This document shows, one piece after another, positions 1 through 12,704 of a DNA stretch of 64,000 nucleotides. A program made the translations under genes and the position numbers. The number at the start of each line of letters is the position of its first letter. Positions within the stretch are counted from its first letter, which is position 1. The notes beneath the pieces were generated by a model. That model made no database searches. It was given only the letters and a program-made list of their open reading frames with translations, and was not told the origin of the DNA. The stretch is from Eledone cirrhosa (lineage: Eukaryota), in assembly GCA_964016885.1 (NCBI GenBank), contig OZ024743.1:179242001-179306000 (forward strand), given 5' to 3'.

Positions 1-3000
1 GTGGTGGTAGTAATGTTGGTGCTAGTGGTGATGGTAGTAGCATTTGTGGTGGTCGTCGTAGTAATGTTGGTGGTAGTGGTGATGGTAGTAGTATTAGTGC
101 TAGTGGTGGTAGCAATGTTGGTGGTAGTGGTGATGGTAGTGGTATTTGTGGTGGTGGTGGTAGCAATGTTGGTGGTAGTGGTGATGGTAGTAGTATTAGT
201 GTTGGTGGTGGTAGTAATGTCGGTGATAGTGGTGATGGTAGTAGTATTTGTAGTGGTGGTGGTGGTAGTAATGTTGGTGGTAGTGGTGATGGTAGTAGTA
301 TTTGTGGTGGTGGTGGTGGTAGTAATGTTGGTGGTAGTGGTGATGGTAGTAGTATTAGTGGTGGTGGTGGTAGTAATGTTGGTGGGAGTGGTGATGGTAA
401 GAGTATTAGTGGTGGTGGTGGTAGTAATGTTGGTTGTAGTGGTGATGGTAGTAGTATTTGTGGTGGTGGTGGTAGTGGTGATAGTAGTAGTATTTGTGAT
501 GGTGGTGGCAGTAATATTGGTGGTAGTGGTGATGATAGTAGTATTAGTGTTGGTGGTGGTAGTATTGTTGGTGTTAGTGGTGATGGTAGTGGTATTTGTG
601 GTGGTGGTGGTAGTAATGTTGGTGGTAGTGGTGATGGTAGTAGTATTAGTGCTGGTGGTGGTAGCAATGTTGGTGGTAGTGGTGATGGTAGTGGTATTTG
701 TGGTGGTGGTGGTAGTAATGTAAGTGGTAGTGGTGATGGTAGTAGTATTAGTGGTGGTGGTGGTAGTAATGTTGGTGGTAGTGGTGATGGTAGTAGTATT
801 TGTGGTGGGGGTGGTAGTAATGTTTGTGGTAGTGGTGATGGTAGTAGTATTTGTGGTGGTGGTGGTAGTAATGTTGGTGGCAGTGGTGATGGTAGTAGTA
901 TTAGTGGTGGTGGTGGTAGAAATGTTGGTGGCAGTGGTGATGGAAGCAGTATTTGTGCTGGTGGTGGTAGTAATGTTGGTGGTAGTGGTGATGGTAGTAG
1001 TATATGTTGTGGTGGTGGTGGTGGAGGTAGTAATGTTGGTGGTAGTGGTGATGGTAGCAGTAGATGTGGTGGTGGTGGTAGCCATGTCGGTGGGAGTGGT
1101 GATGGTAGTAGTATATGTTGTGGTGGTGTTGGTGGTGGTAGTAATGTTCGTGGTAGTGGTGATTGTAGTAGCATTTGTGGTGGTGGTGGAAGTAATGTTT
1201 GGTGCTAGTGGTGATGGTAGTAGTATATGTTGTGGTGGTGGTGGTGGTGGTAGTAATGTTCGTGGTAGTGGTGATTGTAGTAGCATTTGTGGTGGTGGTG
1301 GAAGTAATGTTTGGTGCTAGTGGTGATGGTAGTAGTATTTGTGGTGGTGGTATTAATGTTGGTGGTAGTGGGATGGTAGTGGTATTTGTGGTGGTGGTGT
1401 TGGTGGTGGTAGCAATGTCGGTGTTAGTTGTGATGGTAGTAGTATTACTGGTGGTGTTGGTGTTAGTAATGTTGGTGGAAGTGGTGATGGTAGTAGTATT
1501 AGTGGTGGTGGTGGTAGCAATGTTGGTGGTAGTGGTGATGGTAGTGGTATTTGTGGTGGTGGAGGTAGTAATGTTGGTGCTAGTGGTGATGGTAATAGTA
1601 TTTGTGGTGGTGGTGGTGGTAGTGGTGATGGTAGTAGTAGTAGTGGTTATGGTTGTGGTATTAATGTTGGTGGTAGTGGTAATGGTAGTAGTATTTGTGG
1701 TGGTGGTGCTAGTATTGTTGGTGGTAGTGGTGATGGTAGTAGTATTAGTGCTGATGGTTGTGGTAGTAATGTTGGTGGTAGTGGTATTAGCGGTGGTGGT
1801 GGTGGTAGTAATGTTGGTGGTAGTTGTCATGGTAGTGGTATTTGTGGTGGAGGTGGTTGTAATGTTGGTGGTAGTGGTGATGGCAGTAGTATTTGTGGTG
1901 GTGGTGGTAGTGGTGATGGTAGTAGTATTTGTGGTGGAGGTGGTGGTAGTAATGTTGGTAGTAGTGGTGATGATAGTAGTATTAGTGGTGGTGGTGGTAG
2001 TAATGTTGGTGGTAGTGGTGATGGTAGTAGTATTAGTGGTGGTGGTGGTAGTAATGTTGGTGGTAGTGGTGATGCTAGTCGTATTTGTGGTGGTGGTGGT
2101 GGTAGTAATGTTGGTGCTAGTGGTGATGGTAGCAGTAATTGTGGTGGTAGTGGTAGTTAAGTTGGTAGTAGTGGTGATGATAGTAGTATTAGTGGTGGTG
2201 GTGGTAGTAATGTTGGTGGTAGTGGTGATGGTAGTAGTATTAGTGGTGGTGGTGGTAGTAATGTTGGTGGTAGTGGTGATGCTAGTCGTATTTGTGGTGG
2301 TGGTGGTAGTGGTGATGGTAGTAGTATTAGTGGTGGTGGTGGTAGCAATGTTGGTGGTAGTGGTGTTGGTAGTAGTATTTGTGGTGGTGGTGGTAATAAT
2401 GTTGGTGCTAATGGTGATGGTAGTAGTATTTATGGTGGTGGTGGTTGTAATGTTGGTGGTAGTGGTGATGGTAGTGGTATTTGTGGTGGTGGTGGTAGTA
2501 ATGTTGGTAGTAGTGGTGATGATAGTAGTATTAGTGGTGGTGGTGGTAGTAATGTTGGTGGTAGTAATGTTGGTGGTAGTGGTGATGGTAGTAGTATTAG
2601 TGTTGGTGGTGGTAGTAATGTTTGTGCTAGTGGTGCTGGTAGTAGTATATGTGGTGGTCGTGGTAGTTATGTTGGTGGTAGTGGTGATGGTAGTGGTATT
2701 TGTGGTGGTGGTGGTAGTGGTGATGGTAGTAGTATTAGTGCTGGTGGTGGTAGCAATGTTGGTGGTAGTGGTGATGGTAGTGGTATTTGTGGTGGTGGTG
2801 GTACTAATGTTGGTGGTAGTGGTGATGGTAGTAGTATTTGTGGTGGTGGTGGTACTAATGTTGGTGGTAGTGGTGATGGTAGTAGTATTTGTGGTGGTGG
2901 TGGTACTAATGTTGGTGGTAGTGGTGATGGTAGTAGTATTTGTGGTGGTGGTGGTACTAATGTTGGTGGTAGTGGTGACGGTAGTAGTATTTGTGGTGGT

Positions 3001-3900
3001 GGTGGTAGTAATGTTGGTAGTAGTGGTGATGGTAGTAGTATTTGTGGTGCTGGTGGTAGTAATGTTGGTGGTAGTGGTGATGGTAGTAGTATTTGTGGTG
3101 CTGGTGGTAGTAATGTTGGTGGTAGTGGTGATGGTAGTAGTATTTTTGGTGCTGGTGGTGGTAATTTTGGTGGTAGTGGTGATGGTAGTAGTGTTTGTGG
3201 TGGTGGTGGTAGCAATGTTTGTGGTAGTGGTGATGGTAGTAGTATTTGTGGTGGTGGTGGTGGTAGCAATGTTTGTGGTAGTGGTGATGGTAGAAGTATT
3301 TGTGGTGGTAGTGGTGGTGGTAGTTAAGTTGGTGGAAGTGGTGATTTTAGCAGTGTTTGTGGTGGTGGTATTAATGTTGGTGGTAGTGGGATGGTAGTGG
3401 TATTTGTGGTGGTGCTGGTGCTAGTAATGTTGGTGGTAGTGGTGATGGTAGTAGTATTAGTGGTGGTGGTGGTGGCAGTAATGTTGGTGGTAGTGTTGAT
3501 GGTAGTAGTATTTGTGGTGATGGTGGTAGTAATGTTGCTTGTAGTTGTGATGGTAGTCGTATTTGTTGTGGTAATGTTTGTGGGTGGTGGTAGTGTTAGT
3601 AGTTTTCGTGTTGGTAGTGCTTGTGCTGGTGGTGGTAGTGGTAGTAGAGTTTGTGGTGGGGGTGTTGGTAGTGGTTGTAATGTTTGTGGTGATGCTGGTG
3701 ATAGTAGTAGTGTTTGTTGTAGGGATGTCGGTGGTGTTATTATGTTAGTTGTAGTCGTAATGTTAGTAGTGTTTGTTGTGGTGGAGGTGGTATTAGGAAT
3801 GGTGTTAGGAATGGTGTTGGTGGTGGTGTTAGTAATGGTGGTGGTGATAATTATTGGTGTTGGCAATAGTAGTGAGGTGAAGGTCGTAGTGATGACGGTA
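1..3900. repeat. GGT/AGT-based minisatellite, ~51-54 bp unit (approx. GGTGGTGGTGGTAGTAATGTTGGTGGTAGTGGTGATGGTAGTAGTATTTGT), truncated by window start
   Basis: Unit recurs throughout with variable (GGT)n copy number and degenerates after ~3550. Single-base indels near 1198, 1311, 1370 and 3389 shift the triplet register. Confidence 0.9.
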
Positions 3901-4060
3901 ATGGTGGATTGTATGGAGATGCTTCCAATTGAGTCCATATCATTGAGCAAGAGTTCATCATTTGCAAATGATAAACAAAGGTATGATGTGAAATTAAATA
4001 TGCCGTAGAAATATCAAAGGGGAACTGATGTTTTGGAAATTTATTCTTTGTCAAAATAAC

Positions 4061-4242
4061 TGTCTCTACTTTAGGCACAAGGCCAGCAATTATCCAGTGC
4101 ATTACTGGTACTTTATTTTATCGACCCTGTAAGGATGAAAGCAAAGTCAACCTCGGCGGGATTTGAACTCAGATCGTAAAGGGACGTAACTATGCTGGTA
4201 AGCATGGCGTCCGACCCTCTACCGATACTGCCAATCCACCGC
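4061..4242 (-). mobile_element. tRNA-derived SINE, family A (~185 bp), full length with 18-bp TSD
   Basis: Reverse complement of consensus GGCGGTGGATTGGCAGTATCGG...GAGTTCAAATCCCGCCGAGGTTAACTTTGCCTTTCATCCTTACGGGGTCGATAAAATAAAGTACCAGT...GTAGAAACAATTAT, with A-box-like and B-box (GTTCAAATCC) motifs. TSD ATTCTTTGTCAAAATAAC at 4043-4060 and 4245-4262. Confidence 0.9.
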
Positions 4243-4763
4243 TCATTCTTTGTCAAAATAACAGTAAGAATCAGTTCAAGAAAAATTAAAGTATTTTACA
4301 CTTCATGAGAGTTATATAATGCAGGAGAATTTATAGTGTTGATGCAGATATATGACGGAATGCATATTAATTATTTTACATTTATCTACGACTGCGTACA
4401 CACGACTAAGCTTCCCATTTACTAACACTATATTGCAACATTTGTTGGTATACTAAAAATTCTCAACAAGAAAAGTTAAAATTATACAAACTAAAATTTA
4501 TAAACTACATCTAAATATAAACTATGAGACCGTGATTCAAGTCCTCTCTCACCAACACAATATGATATATAAAACGAATGGGACTCTCTTCTACCCCGTC
4601 TTCAAAGGATTTACCCTTTTTCAGGAGCAAGCTATGTACCAACTTTGCTCTAACCTACAAGTTACGTTCGAATCTTTTCATATTTACTTTTCTACAGCGT
4701 CCCAGTCAGTAGATATATTTCTCACTGCTTGTTTTTGTCAAAGACTAAGTTGACTTCATTACA

Positions 4764-4931
4764 AGGTGGATTGGCAGAGCGTCAGATACCATGTTTTGCA
4801 GCATAGTTATGGCCCTTTACGTTCTGAGTTCAAATCCCGCCGAGGTTAACTTTGCCTTTCGTCCTTAATGGGTCGATAAAATAAGCATCAGTAATGCACT
4901 TGGGCCTTGTGCCCAAAGTAGAAACAATTAT
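4764..4931 (+). mobile_element. SINE family A, internally deleted copy
   Basis: Matches the family A head, central domain and GTAGAAACAATTAT tail. Confidence 0.85.
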
Positions 4932-5366
4932 AATTACAAACATTAAACAGTCGAAGTTCAAGCTAAACATAATTCATTTTGAGCTCGACAATCCTGGATA
5001 ATTGTCGCGAAACAAAGCATCAATAACATGCTCAGAAAACCCACACATACAACTTCAAACCTTGCGCATTAGTTGCTCTACATATAACAGACTTCACATA
5101 TCATCAACCATAGAAAGCGTAAATGAAAGTTTAAAATATATATATACAGGTTTCTTAGCAACTAGGATTAATACTTCACAAAGGAGAACGAATGGGGAAA
5201 TTTATATTGAGCTTTTGTTTTTTGCCAATACAATTCCAGTTTATGTAGTGGCTTAGTGATAATCGCTTAAGTTATTTCCAATTACTGTACAGATATGGAT
5301 AAAAGGTTCAGTGGTGTGGATGCACGTGAATGTGAATGATTGTGTGTAAATGTGGTCGAGATATAG

Positions 5367-5581
5367 TTTCTGATATAGGCACAAGACCAGCAATTTTGAG
5401 GGAGAGGGAAAGTCGATTAAATCGAACCCTGTGCGTCAATGGTACTTTATTTTATCGACCACGTAATGATGAAAGGCAAAGCTGACCTCGGAAGGATTTG
5501 AACTGATAATGTAAAATGCCGTAACTTTATGTCACGAAGCAGGGTTTCCGAAGCTCTACCGATTCTACCAATCCATCGACC
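5367..5581 (-). mobile_element. SINE family A, diverged long variant (with GTCGATTTAATCGACTTTCCCCTC segment)
   Basis: Reverse complement of the family A consensus with the extra palindromic segment also seen at 10342-10560. Confidence 0.8.
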
Positions 5582-6206
5582 TGGTCGAGGAAGAAATACT
5601 ACTACTAAATGTAGGTTTAATAGATTAAATCTTATTGTACATTCAAGACGATCATTTGCTTGTTCGATGTTTTAATTCTGATATGGATACAGAGCCAGAA
5701 ATTCAATCTACTTAATCCTCTTATATTATTTTCTGCGACAAAATTAGCCCGAGTAATATAGATATATTTTATTTTACGTTGCTCAGTCCACGTATCTGGT
5801 GAATATGAATTGTAATTGTAATTATAAAGGCCAAACAATTCTCCCAGAAAGTCACACTGAATCTCCTTCTCAAGTTCGCTATTGGTATAGATATCAGTGA
5901 AATATTGAGACACGTGTATATTAATTTCATGGCTGCTCCGTTGATAAGATAACTAGAACACCATTAACAATAAATATAGACATATTGTCGAAGGAATTGA
6001 AGTTAGCATTCGTCACAATGATTGACCATTATGATCTCAGTGCCTCATCATTAGATAAAATCAATCAGATGAATCTGGTCAGAGATTGTAAGAAATTCTT
6101 TCTTCAATTCCGCCAATACATATACATATGTATGTGTGTGCCTGTGTGTGTGAGTATACATGTACGTGTATATGTGCGTGTATATATGTGTGTATGTGTA
6201 TATATT

Positions 6207-6794
6207 GATGCTACTGGTAACATGTATCCCAGTACAACCTGTCCCATGGTCGGGTCGATGGCGACTAAACTGGCAAACCACCAAGGTTTCTTGGTGAGGA
6301 GGGTGACTTTGGACATCCTGCAGGACTAAAAACAAAACCTGTCAAAGAGCAAAGGAGCTCTTAAGAGTCAATGGCCATCCAAAATCAACGGAAGAGATTA
6401 CCCCTTAGCCTTTGTCAAGGTAGAATTCTATGATAAGGAAAACTCTGATATAACACCTTCAACCCTGATGGTGTCCAATGATGTTGACTTGTTCTTCTTT
6501 TTGATAAATATCATTAAGAGAGTGGGACTGGCTTTGTGCAGTGCCTTTGCTCACCATAAAAGCTTCACGGCTCAGGGATTGCGTTATATCTGGAGATCTC
6601 TCTGCACTTGTCATCACATGGTACCATGGGCCCAGCACTATGTGTCAATAATTGTCACAAGTGTAGTGTTTGTACCAGAGTTTTCAAGTCGCTGGCTGGA
6701 CTAAAAAGTCACACTCGTTCAGCGCGTCGGTAGGGGTTCTCCTACATGGATATAAAGTAGTGGCCGTACTCGAAAACGAGTTGGCAGCCACCAT
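6207..6794 (+). mobile_element. Non-autonomous RTE-LINE derivative (putative 5' region fused to ORF C-terminal zinc finger and 3' tail)
   Basis: 6647-6733 reads NNCHKCSVCTRVFKSLAGLKSHTRSARR*, resembling the C-terminal C2H2 finger of RTE ORFs. The tail TGGCCGTACTCGAAAACGAGTTGGCAGCCACCAT is shared with copies at 26385-26735 and 63119-63523. Confidence 0.65.
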
Positions 6795-6815
6795 GTGTAT
6801 ATATATATAATAATA

Positions 6816-6888
<73 letters not shown>

Positions 6889-6984
6889 ATATATATAATA
6901 TTGTGCTCATGCGCGGAGATACTATAATATTGGATGAAGACCATTAAAGCCGGAAAAAGGAGTTGCTATATATATACGTAATTG

Positions 6985-7045
<61 letters not shown>

Positions 7046-7057
7046 GTGTGTGTGTGT

Positions 7058-7103
<46 letters not shown>

Positions 7104-7140
7104 GTGTGTGTGTGTATACATATATATATATGTATGTGGG
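6795..7140. repeat. (TA)n/(TG)n microsatellite cluster
   Basis: Directly visible. Confidence 0.95.
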
Positions 7141-8412
7141 TGTCTGTGGTCTATATGCACTGGTCATAGACAAACACACATATATATACACATCAGCACC
7201 ACCAACTCTGTCTCTCTCTTCCATTCTCCTTCTCTGTCTCCTCTCCCTCTCTCCATGTCTCGCTTTCAATCTACTCTCACACAACCACTATATATATATA
7301 TATCTTTCTCTGTTTATGAAGGTACCCGGAAAAACCCCATATCTCGGGAACCCGTGCTCTGATTTACACGAGACTTGTTTTATTCCATTTGTATTCCCAT
7401 TTCAGGATCAACTTCCTTTCAAACTATTTTTTTCATTATGCGCCCTTTTGACTGTATTAAATTACAGACAAGTAAACAAGCAATCACAGACTTTTAGTAT
7501 CATATAGATGTATATGTATATGGAAATAATCGAAACAGACCTGGTCAGCCATGCTTCCACATTTGTTGAGTGAAACAAATGTGAGGATAATCGTTACATA
7601 GATAATTGATTGTAATTTAACCGTTAATGTCCGATACGTATGAACATGTAAAAGCTAAATCTTAGTTATAAAACATGATGGTATATATAAATGAGTAACC
7701 CTTATCAGTAGTTAAATGTAAGAGACTTTTAAGCTCAGGAGGTGGTTAACTTAGCTCTAATTACCGCTATAGAAATTAAAAGGTCTTCGTTTCCATATAA
7801 TTTATTCTAATTCATCTTTAAGATAGTCAAGTGTTTGACCTTGAAATGTATCTGAAGAAACCTATTTCATGTTTATAAAGCAATTGATTTATGCCTCGAA
7901 TAAATGCTTTCTAATCTCTTTTTCGTCTTTATATTGTATCCACATTTTCATGTTCCCTTGTGGGACCCTGCCCTCTTTCATCATACCCAATAGTATGTAA
8001 CGGAAGGTATCGTTTGTCTGTTTGTAGGAGACGATATATTTTCTCTCCACGTGACATATTTCCAATGAGTAAACGTTATTTCGTCCAGGTTGAAATACAT
8101 TTGAAGTAATTTGCTGTAATCATAGTTGGGGCAAAAAGAAAAGTGTTTTGGGAAATCAGAAAAGAAATATATACTTTTCAATTTTAGATTGATTGTGGTT
8201 AAGGGAATGAAGCTGCAGTAAAATTGTTTTATCTTTCTTTTATAAAGTGTTCTTTCTTATTCAAAGTGTATCATGTTATTTCTATTTCGTATGCATTTGA
8301 AATAACATTTTCATATATAATTAATTGAACAACAAACAAAATACATTAAAATCCTGAAAACGTGAAGCTAGCAATATTTTTTCAATATTCATGAACTATA
8401 TTTTATACGTAA

Positions 8413-8740
8413 GTGACCGAATTGGTAGAGTCGTTAGAGTGTCGGAGAGAATGCTTTGTGGTGTTTGTTTCGTCTCGCTGCTTTCTGAGTTCAAATTCCG
8501 CCAATATCAACTTTACCTTTCATCCATTCTAGGTTGATAAAAAAATACCAGTCTAGTTCTGGGATCCATTCTTCCTCTATATCTCTTTTTTCACTTTCAT
8601 TCTTTCAATCTCTATTCTTTTCTGCAAGTAATCTGCTATATTCAGACCTGGAGAGGAGATGGGCTCCGCCAGGTTTAAAAATGAACTAGAAACGCCGTTT
8701 ATCAGTATGGCGCCCCTATGACTTGCCAAGGAAACCGGGT
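8413..8740 (+). mobile_element. SINE family B (family A-like head and central domain, different ~190-bp tail)
   Basis: Tail AATCTGCTATATTCAGA...GGGCTCCGCCAGG...TATCA-TA-GGCGCC is shared with copies near 18040, 22455, 24380, 25072, 28465 and 42970. Confidence 0.75.
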
Positions 8741-9930
8741 CCATACTTAAATATTTAATACGTTACAGATGTGAATGAGATATCATTAAACTATGGTGAG
8801 ACTGCTGCCAGTTTAAATCAGAAAAGCTTCTGTGTTTGTGACACATAACAAAATTATTTACTCATATGTATTTATTTCGTTTTGTCTGACTTTGAAACTG
8901 GTGCGTAAAGAATAAAAATTCGTTCGATAACTTTTTTAGAAAGTCAAATACTTATTTGATTTATAATTATTATATTTTCTTTGCACATCAATTAAATTAT
9001 AATTTAAACTAGAATGGATTTATTTTCCAGAAAAAGAAACAATAGTTATTTTACCCATTGGCTGAGAACGATATATGTATAAAGATAAAGAAGTAGCCAT
9101 AATTACTACAAATGCAAATCCCGTACTCACGGCTCCCACATAATAAGGGGGTGGAATAAGTGAGAGAGTTGGAATAAGCGAGGGATGTGCACCAAATATG
9201 AACAAAGTTCATAGTGATTTTGCAACAAAATAAAGGAGATTACTTTGCTTGCAATCTGTGTCTAATTGCTATGGATGCATACTTGGTCGTTCAATTTAAA
9301 TTGCCATGACATATATTCAACCACACTTGAATACATCAGGAAATGTTGAAACCTTCTACAATTTTCTGGAACTTAATCTCAAACGATATACATTTTTGTA
9401 AGTAGAAACGTCGGTGGAGAATATATCTTATGAAGTTTAAATCTCAAATTGTAACAAAGTTGTCATGTCGGTATAAAAAAAAGGTAAAATCCGTGGTAAA
9501 GCAATTACCTCACATCATCAAATGTTGCTTGATTTGACAGATTATTAAAACTAAAAAATATATAGGGTTAACAGGTCATTTCTGAATGCCATATGCGAAT
9601 TTGACGTTTTAATTGGATCGGTTGTGATGAAAATAATAGGAATACGGTTAAATACCCCAGGGGAATGTTTGTAGATTGTATAAGAGCTAAAAAAAACTGC
9701 TGCAGTAACCACGGAAATATTTGTTAACTGTATGAATAAAGAAAACTCTGACAGTATTTGTAAATACATTTGACATCTAGGTAAGACTGTGAAAGTAGTT
9801 ATCCAAGGTACAAGGTGTGATTCAAGGAAGTAAGAGATCCATAGAGGAAGATGGAATATGTCGTTGGTGAAGCAATAAATAGTGACTCATGTTCAATATA
9901 TGCAAGACTACCATTATATATCCACCTATC

Positions 9931-10063
9931 GATGGATTGGCAGTATCGATAGAGGGTCGGACGCCAGGTTAACTTTGCCTTTCATCCTTACGGGGTCGAT
10001 AAAATAAAGTACCAGTAATGCACTGGGTGATTTCCTGGCCTTGTGCCAAAAGTAGAAACAATT
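9931..10063 (+). mobile_element. SINE family A with internal deletion
   Basis: Head joined directly to the central domain. Imperfect TSD ATTATATATCCACCTATC (9913) / ATTATATATTCACCTACC (10061). Confidence 0.85.
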
Positions 10064-10341
10064 ATATATTCACCTACCATTTTTATTCTGGGTTGGGTTA
10101 CCGTGTGAATCACGATTACTGGTACTAACAAATACATACTTTTCGCTATAGAAAATTATTCTCACCTTGTTTTCTTACATATTATTCAGATTTGTGGTAA
10201 CAACTACTTCAAAAATAATATTAAGAGTATGTAGACTCCAAAATGCAAGAAAGGCAAACAATATACACAAATCTTGTCACAGATCAGGTGCATCCAGCAA
10301 TTTAACATAAAAAGGAGACCGTTATTATTTCCTCGACTGAG

Positions 10342-10747
10342 GGCGGTGGATTGGCAGTATCGGTAGAGGATCGGACGCCATGCTTTGCAGCATAGAGTTA
10401 CGGCTCTTTATGATCTGAGCTCAAATCCCGCCGGGGTTAACTTTGCCTTTCATCCTTATGAGGTCGATAAAATAAAGTACCAGTCACGCACTGGGGTCGA
10501 TTTAATCGACTTTCCCCTCCCCCCAAATTACTGGCCTTGTGCCTATATAAGAAACCGTTATTATTTCCTGGATTGGCAGTATCGGTAGAAGGTCGGACAT
10601 GCTTTCCAGCATAGTTACGTCCCTTTACGATCTGAGTTCAAATCCGGCCGAGGTTAACTTTGCCTTTCATCCTTACGGGGTCGATAAAATAAAGTACCAG
10701 TAATGTACTGGGTAATTGCTGGCCTTGTGCCAAAAGCAGAAACAGTT
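10342..10747 (+). mobile_element. Two tandem SINE family A copies (10342-10560 long variant; 10570-10747 short variant)
   Basis: Consensus matches. CCGTTATTATTTCCT at 10319 and 10555 brackets the first copy. Confidence 0.88.
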
Positions 10748-11110
10748 TTTATTTCCTCTGTTTATCTGAAGGCTCTTCATGATATAGCACCAGTTGCTAA
10801 CATCCTGACACTCAGTCTTGCTACATCGTATTCTGAAGACTAATGAAGACCTAGATGAGGAGTATAACGAGTGAAATGTGTTTAAGCAGTCAGGCAATAA
10901 TAGATAATCACCTTCGTAATTCTTCGAGTAAATCAACGTCTCTGTACACACCATCTCCGTAAATAAACACATATACCCAAGTAGTTATATATATATATAT
11001 ATAATAAAGTATGACTCCCTACATGCAAAATACATATAGGGACACATGTATTATCCAACCGTATGCCAATGTGGCTCTATGGCAGGTTAATAAATTAACG
11101 AGCCAGAACA

Positions 11111-11540
11111 TATATAATCAAGGTTTAGCAAATCAGAAAAAGTTTTAAAATAAATTTTAAAAAGTTCACTGTACCTGCTGTAATTACCCTTACCGTACGG
11201 TTTCAAGTCTCAACATAAATGGATATTCCATTTCCATTTATATTCCATTTCCGCCCTTGCCTTCTATCTTTATACACGGCACTGGACAGGATTGTTTCTT
11301 CATCATACACTCTCATCTCGGGAACAATTTTGAATGGCGCCAGTTCGTGATTTGAACTCGGGAATTTTATATTCTCTGAGCGAAAAGAACCCTCTGACGA
11401 AAGTCTTTCTTTTCAATGGATTTCCGCATGGAATATCCATGTATTTTGAGACTTGAAACCGTACGGTAAGGGTAATTACAGCAGGTACAGTGAACTTTTT
11501 AAAATTTATTTTAAAACATATTCTTATTTGCTAAACCTTG

Positions 11541-11548
<8 letters not shown>
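11111..11548. mobile_element. Fold-back element with ~120-bp inverted arms adjoining a (TA)n tract
   Basis: 11111-11230 is a near-perfect reverse complement of 11429-11548, with a ~200-bp spacer. Confidence 0.8.
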
Positions 11549-11579
<31 letters not shown>

Positions 11580-11581
<2 letters not shown>

Positions 11582-11734
11582 CGAAGGAGGTGTAGTAAGG
11601 AACCAGATGGACCATTACGCACCAGAGTACTCAATACTTCGGGTAGTAGAGTGGGTACTAGGAAAATGTCTAACGGCGACTGAAATAGCAGTCGAAACAG
11701 CTTGAGTTCTGCCGTCGGGGTTAAACATGTTCCT
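11580..11734 (+). mobile_element. (TA)n-embedded hairpin element family E, copy 1 (one arm largely deleted)
   Basis: AACGAAGGA...GTAAGGAACCAGATGGACCA...GAGTACTCAATACT is shared with copies at 12476, 51131 and 57081. Confidence 0.75.
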
Positions 11735-11735
11735 A

Positions 11736-11768
<33 letters not shown>

Positions 11769-11936
11769 TAATGCTTCCGTCATTAAGCTAACAGAAGTCT
11801 GATGAGCTTTTGATTCCAGAGTCGTTCCCCGATCGATAGAGATCGAACCTTGATCTGATCAACCACTAATAGCGCGTCACGCCTGAATATACTTGGTGAA
11901 AATTGGACATCTCGTTAATACTTATTATCACTACGG

Positions 11937-12127
11937 TGGCGGTGGATTGGCAGTATTGGTAGAGGGTCGGACGGCATGCTTTGACGTATAGAGTTACGGC
12001 CCTTGCCATTCTGAGTTCAAATCCCGCCGAGGTTAACTTTGCCTTTCATCCTTACGGGGTCGATAAAATAAAGTACCAGTAATGCACTGAGTAATTGCTG
12101 GCCTTGTGCCTAACGTAGAAACAATTA
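11937..12127 (+). mobile_element. SINE family A, full length
   Basis: Near-consensus sequence; TSD ATTATCACTAC at 11924 and 12124. Confidence 0.9.
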
Positions 12128-12378
12128 TCACTACACACTGCTTAGTTCAACCCGAAAATACATACTGGAGTCTAAGCATCGAAAGTGTAACTTGACGCTA
12201 CAATTGCGAAACTATATATATACATACGATTTTCTTTGAATGAAACAGTTCTAGTCCCGTAGAAGCAACTATTATATTAAATTTGTTGTATACACTCTAC
12301 TAATATATTGAATATATTATATACCCCAGATTGAACTCGGGACTCACATATTTATAAAAACACACTCAAACACACATG

Positions 12379-12423
<45 letters not shown>

Positions 12424-12475
12424 GTATTTATAGCTCTCTGCCTTTCCGTCTCCCTCTCAATATATATATATATAT

Positions 12476-12676
12476 AACGAAGGAAGTGTGGTAAGGAACC
12501 AGATAGACCATAAAGCACCAGAGTACTCAATACTTAGGGTAGTAGAGTGGGTAATAGGAAAATGTTCAAGACACCGACGGCAGAGCTCAAGCCGTTTCGA
12601 CGGCTATTTCTGGACACCAGAAATAGCCGTCAAAATGGCTTGAGCTCTGCTGTCGGGGTCTTGAACATTTTCCTAT
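12476..12676 (+). mobile_element. (TA)n-embedded hairpin element family E, copy 2
   Basis: Shared leader plus 60-bp inverted arms 12554-12613 / 12617-12676. Confidence 0.8.
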
Positions 12677-12704
12677 ATGTATATATATGTAAATATGTAT
12701 ATAT

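Noticed and set aside
1-4008. Long Val-rich ORFs (1-723, 724-1320, 1199-3397, 3391-4008) and Pro-rich minus ORFs
   Set aside because: Alternative readings of the GGT/AGT minisatellite, with implausible composition and register shifts.
11799-11830. CTGATGA followed by a weak stem
   Set aside because: No GAAA at the required position; not a hammerhead.
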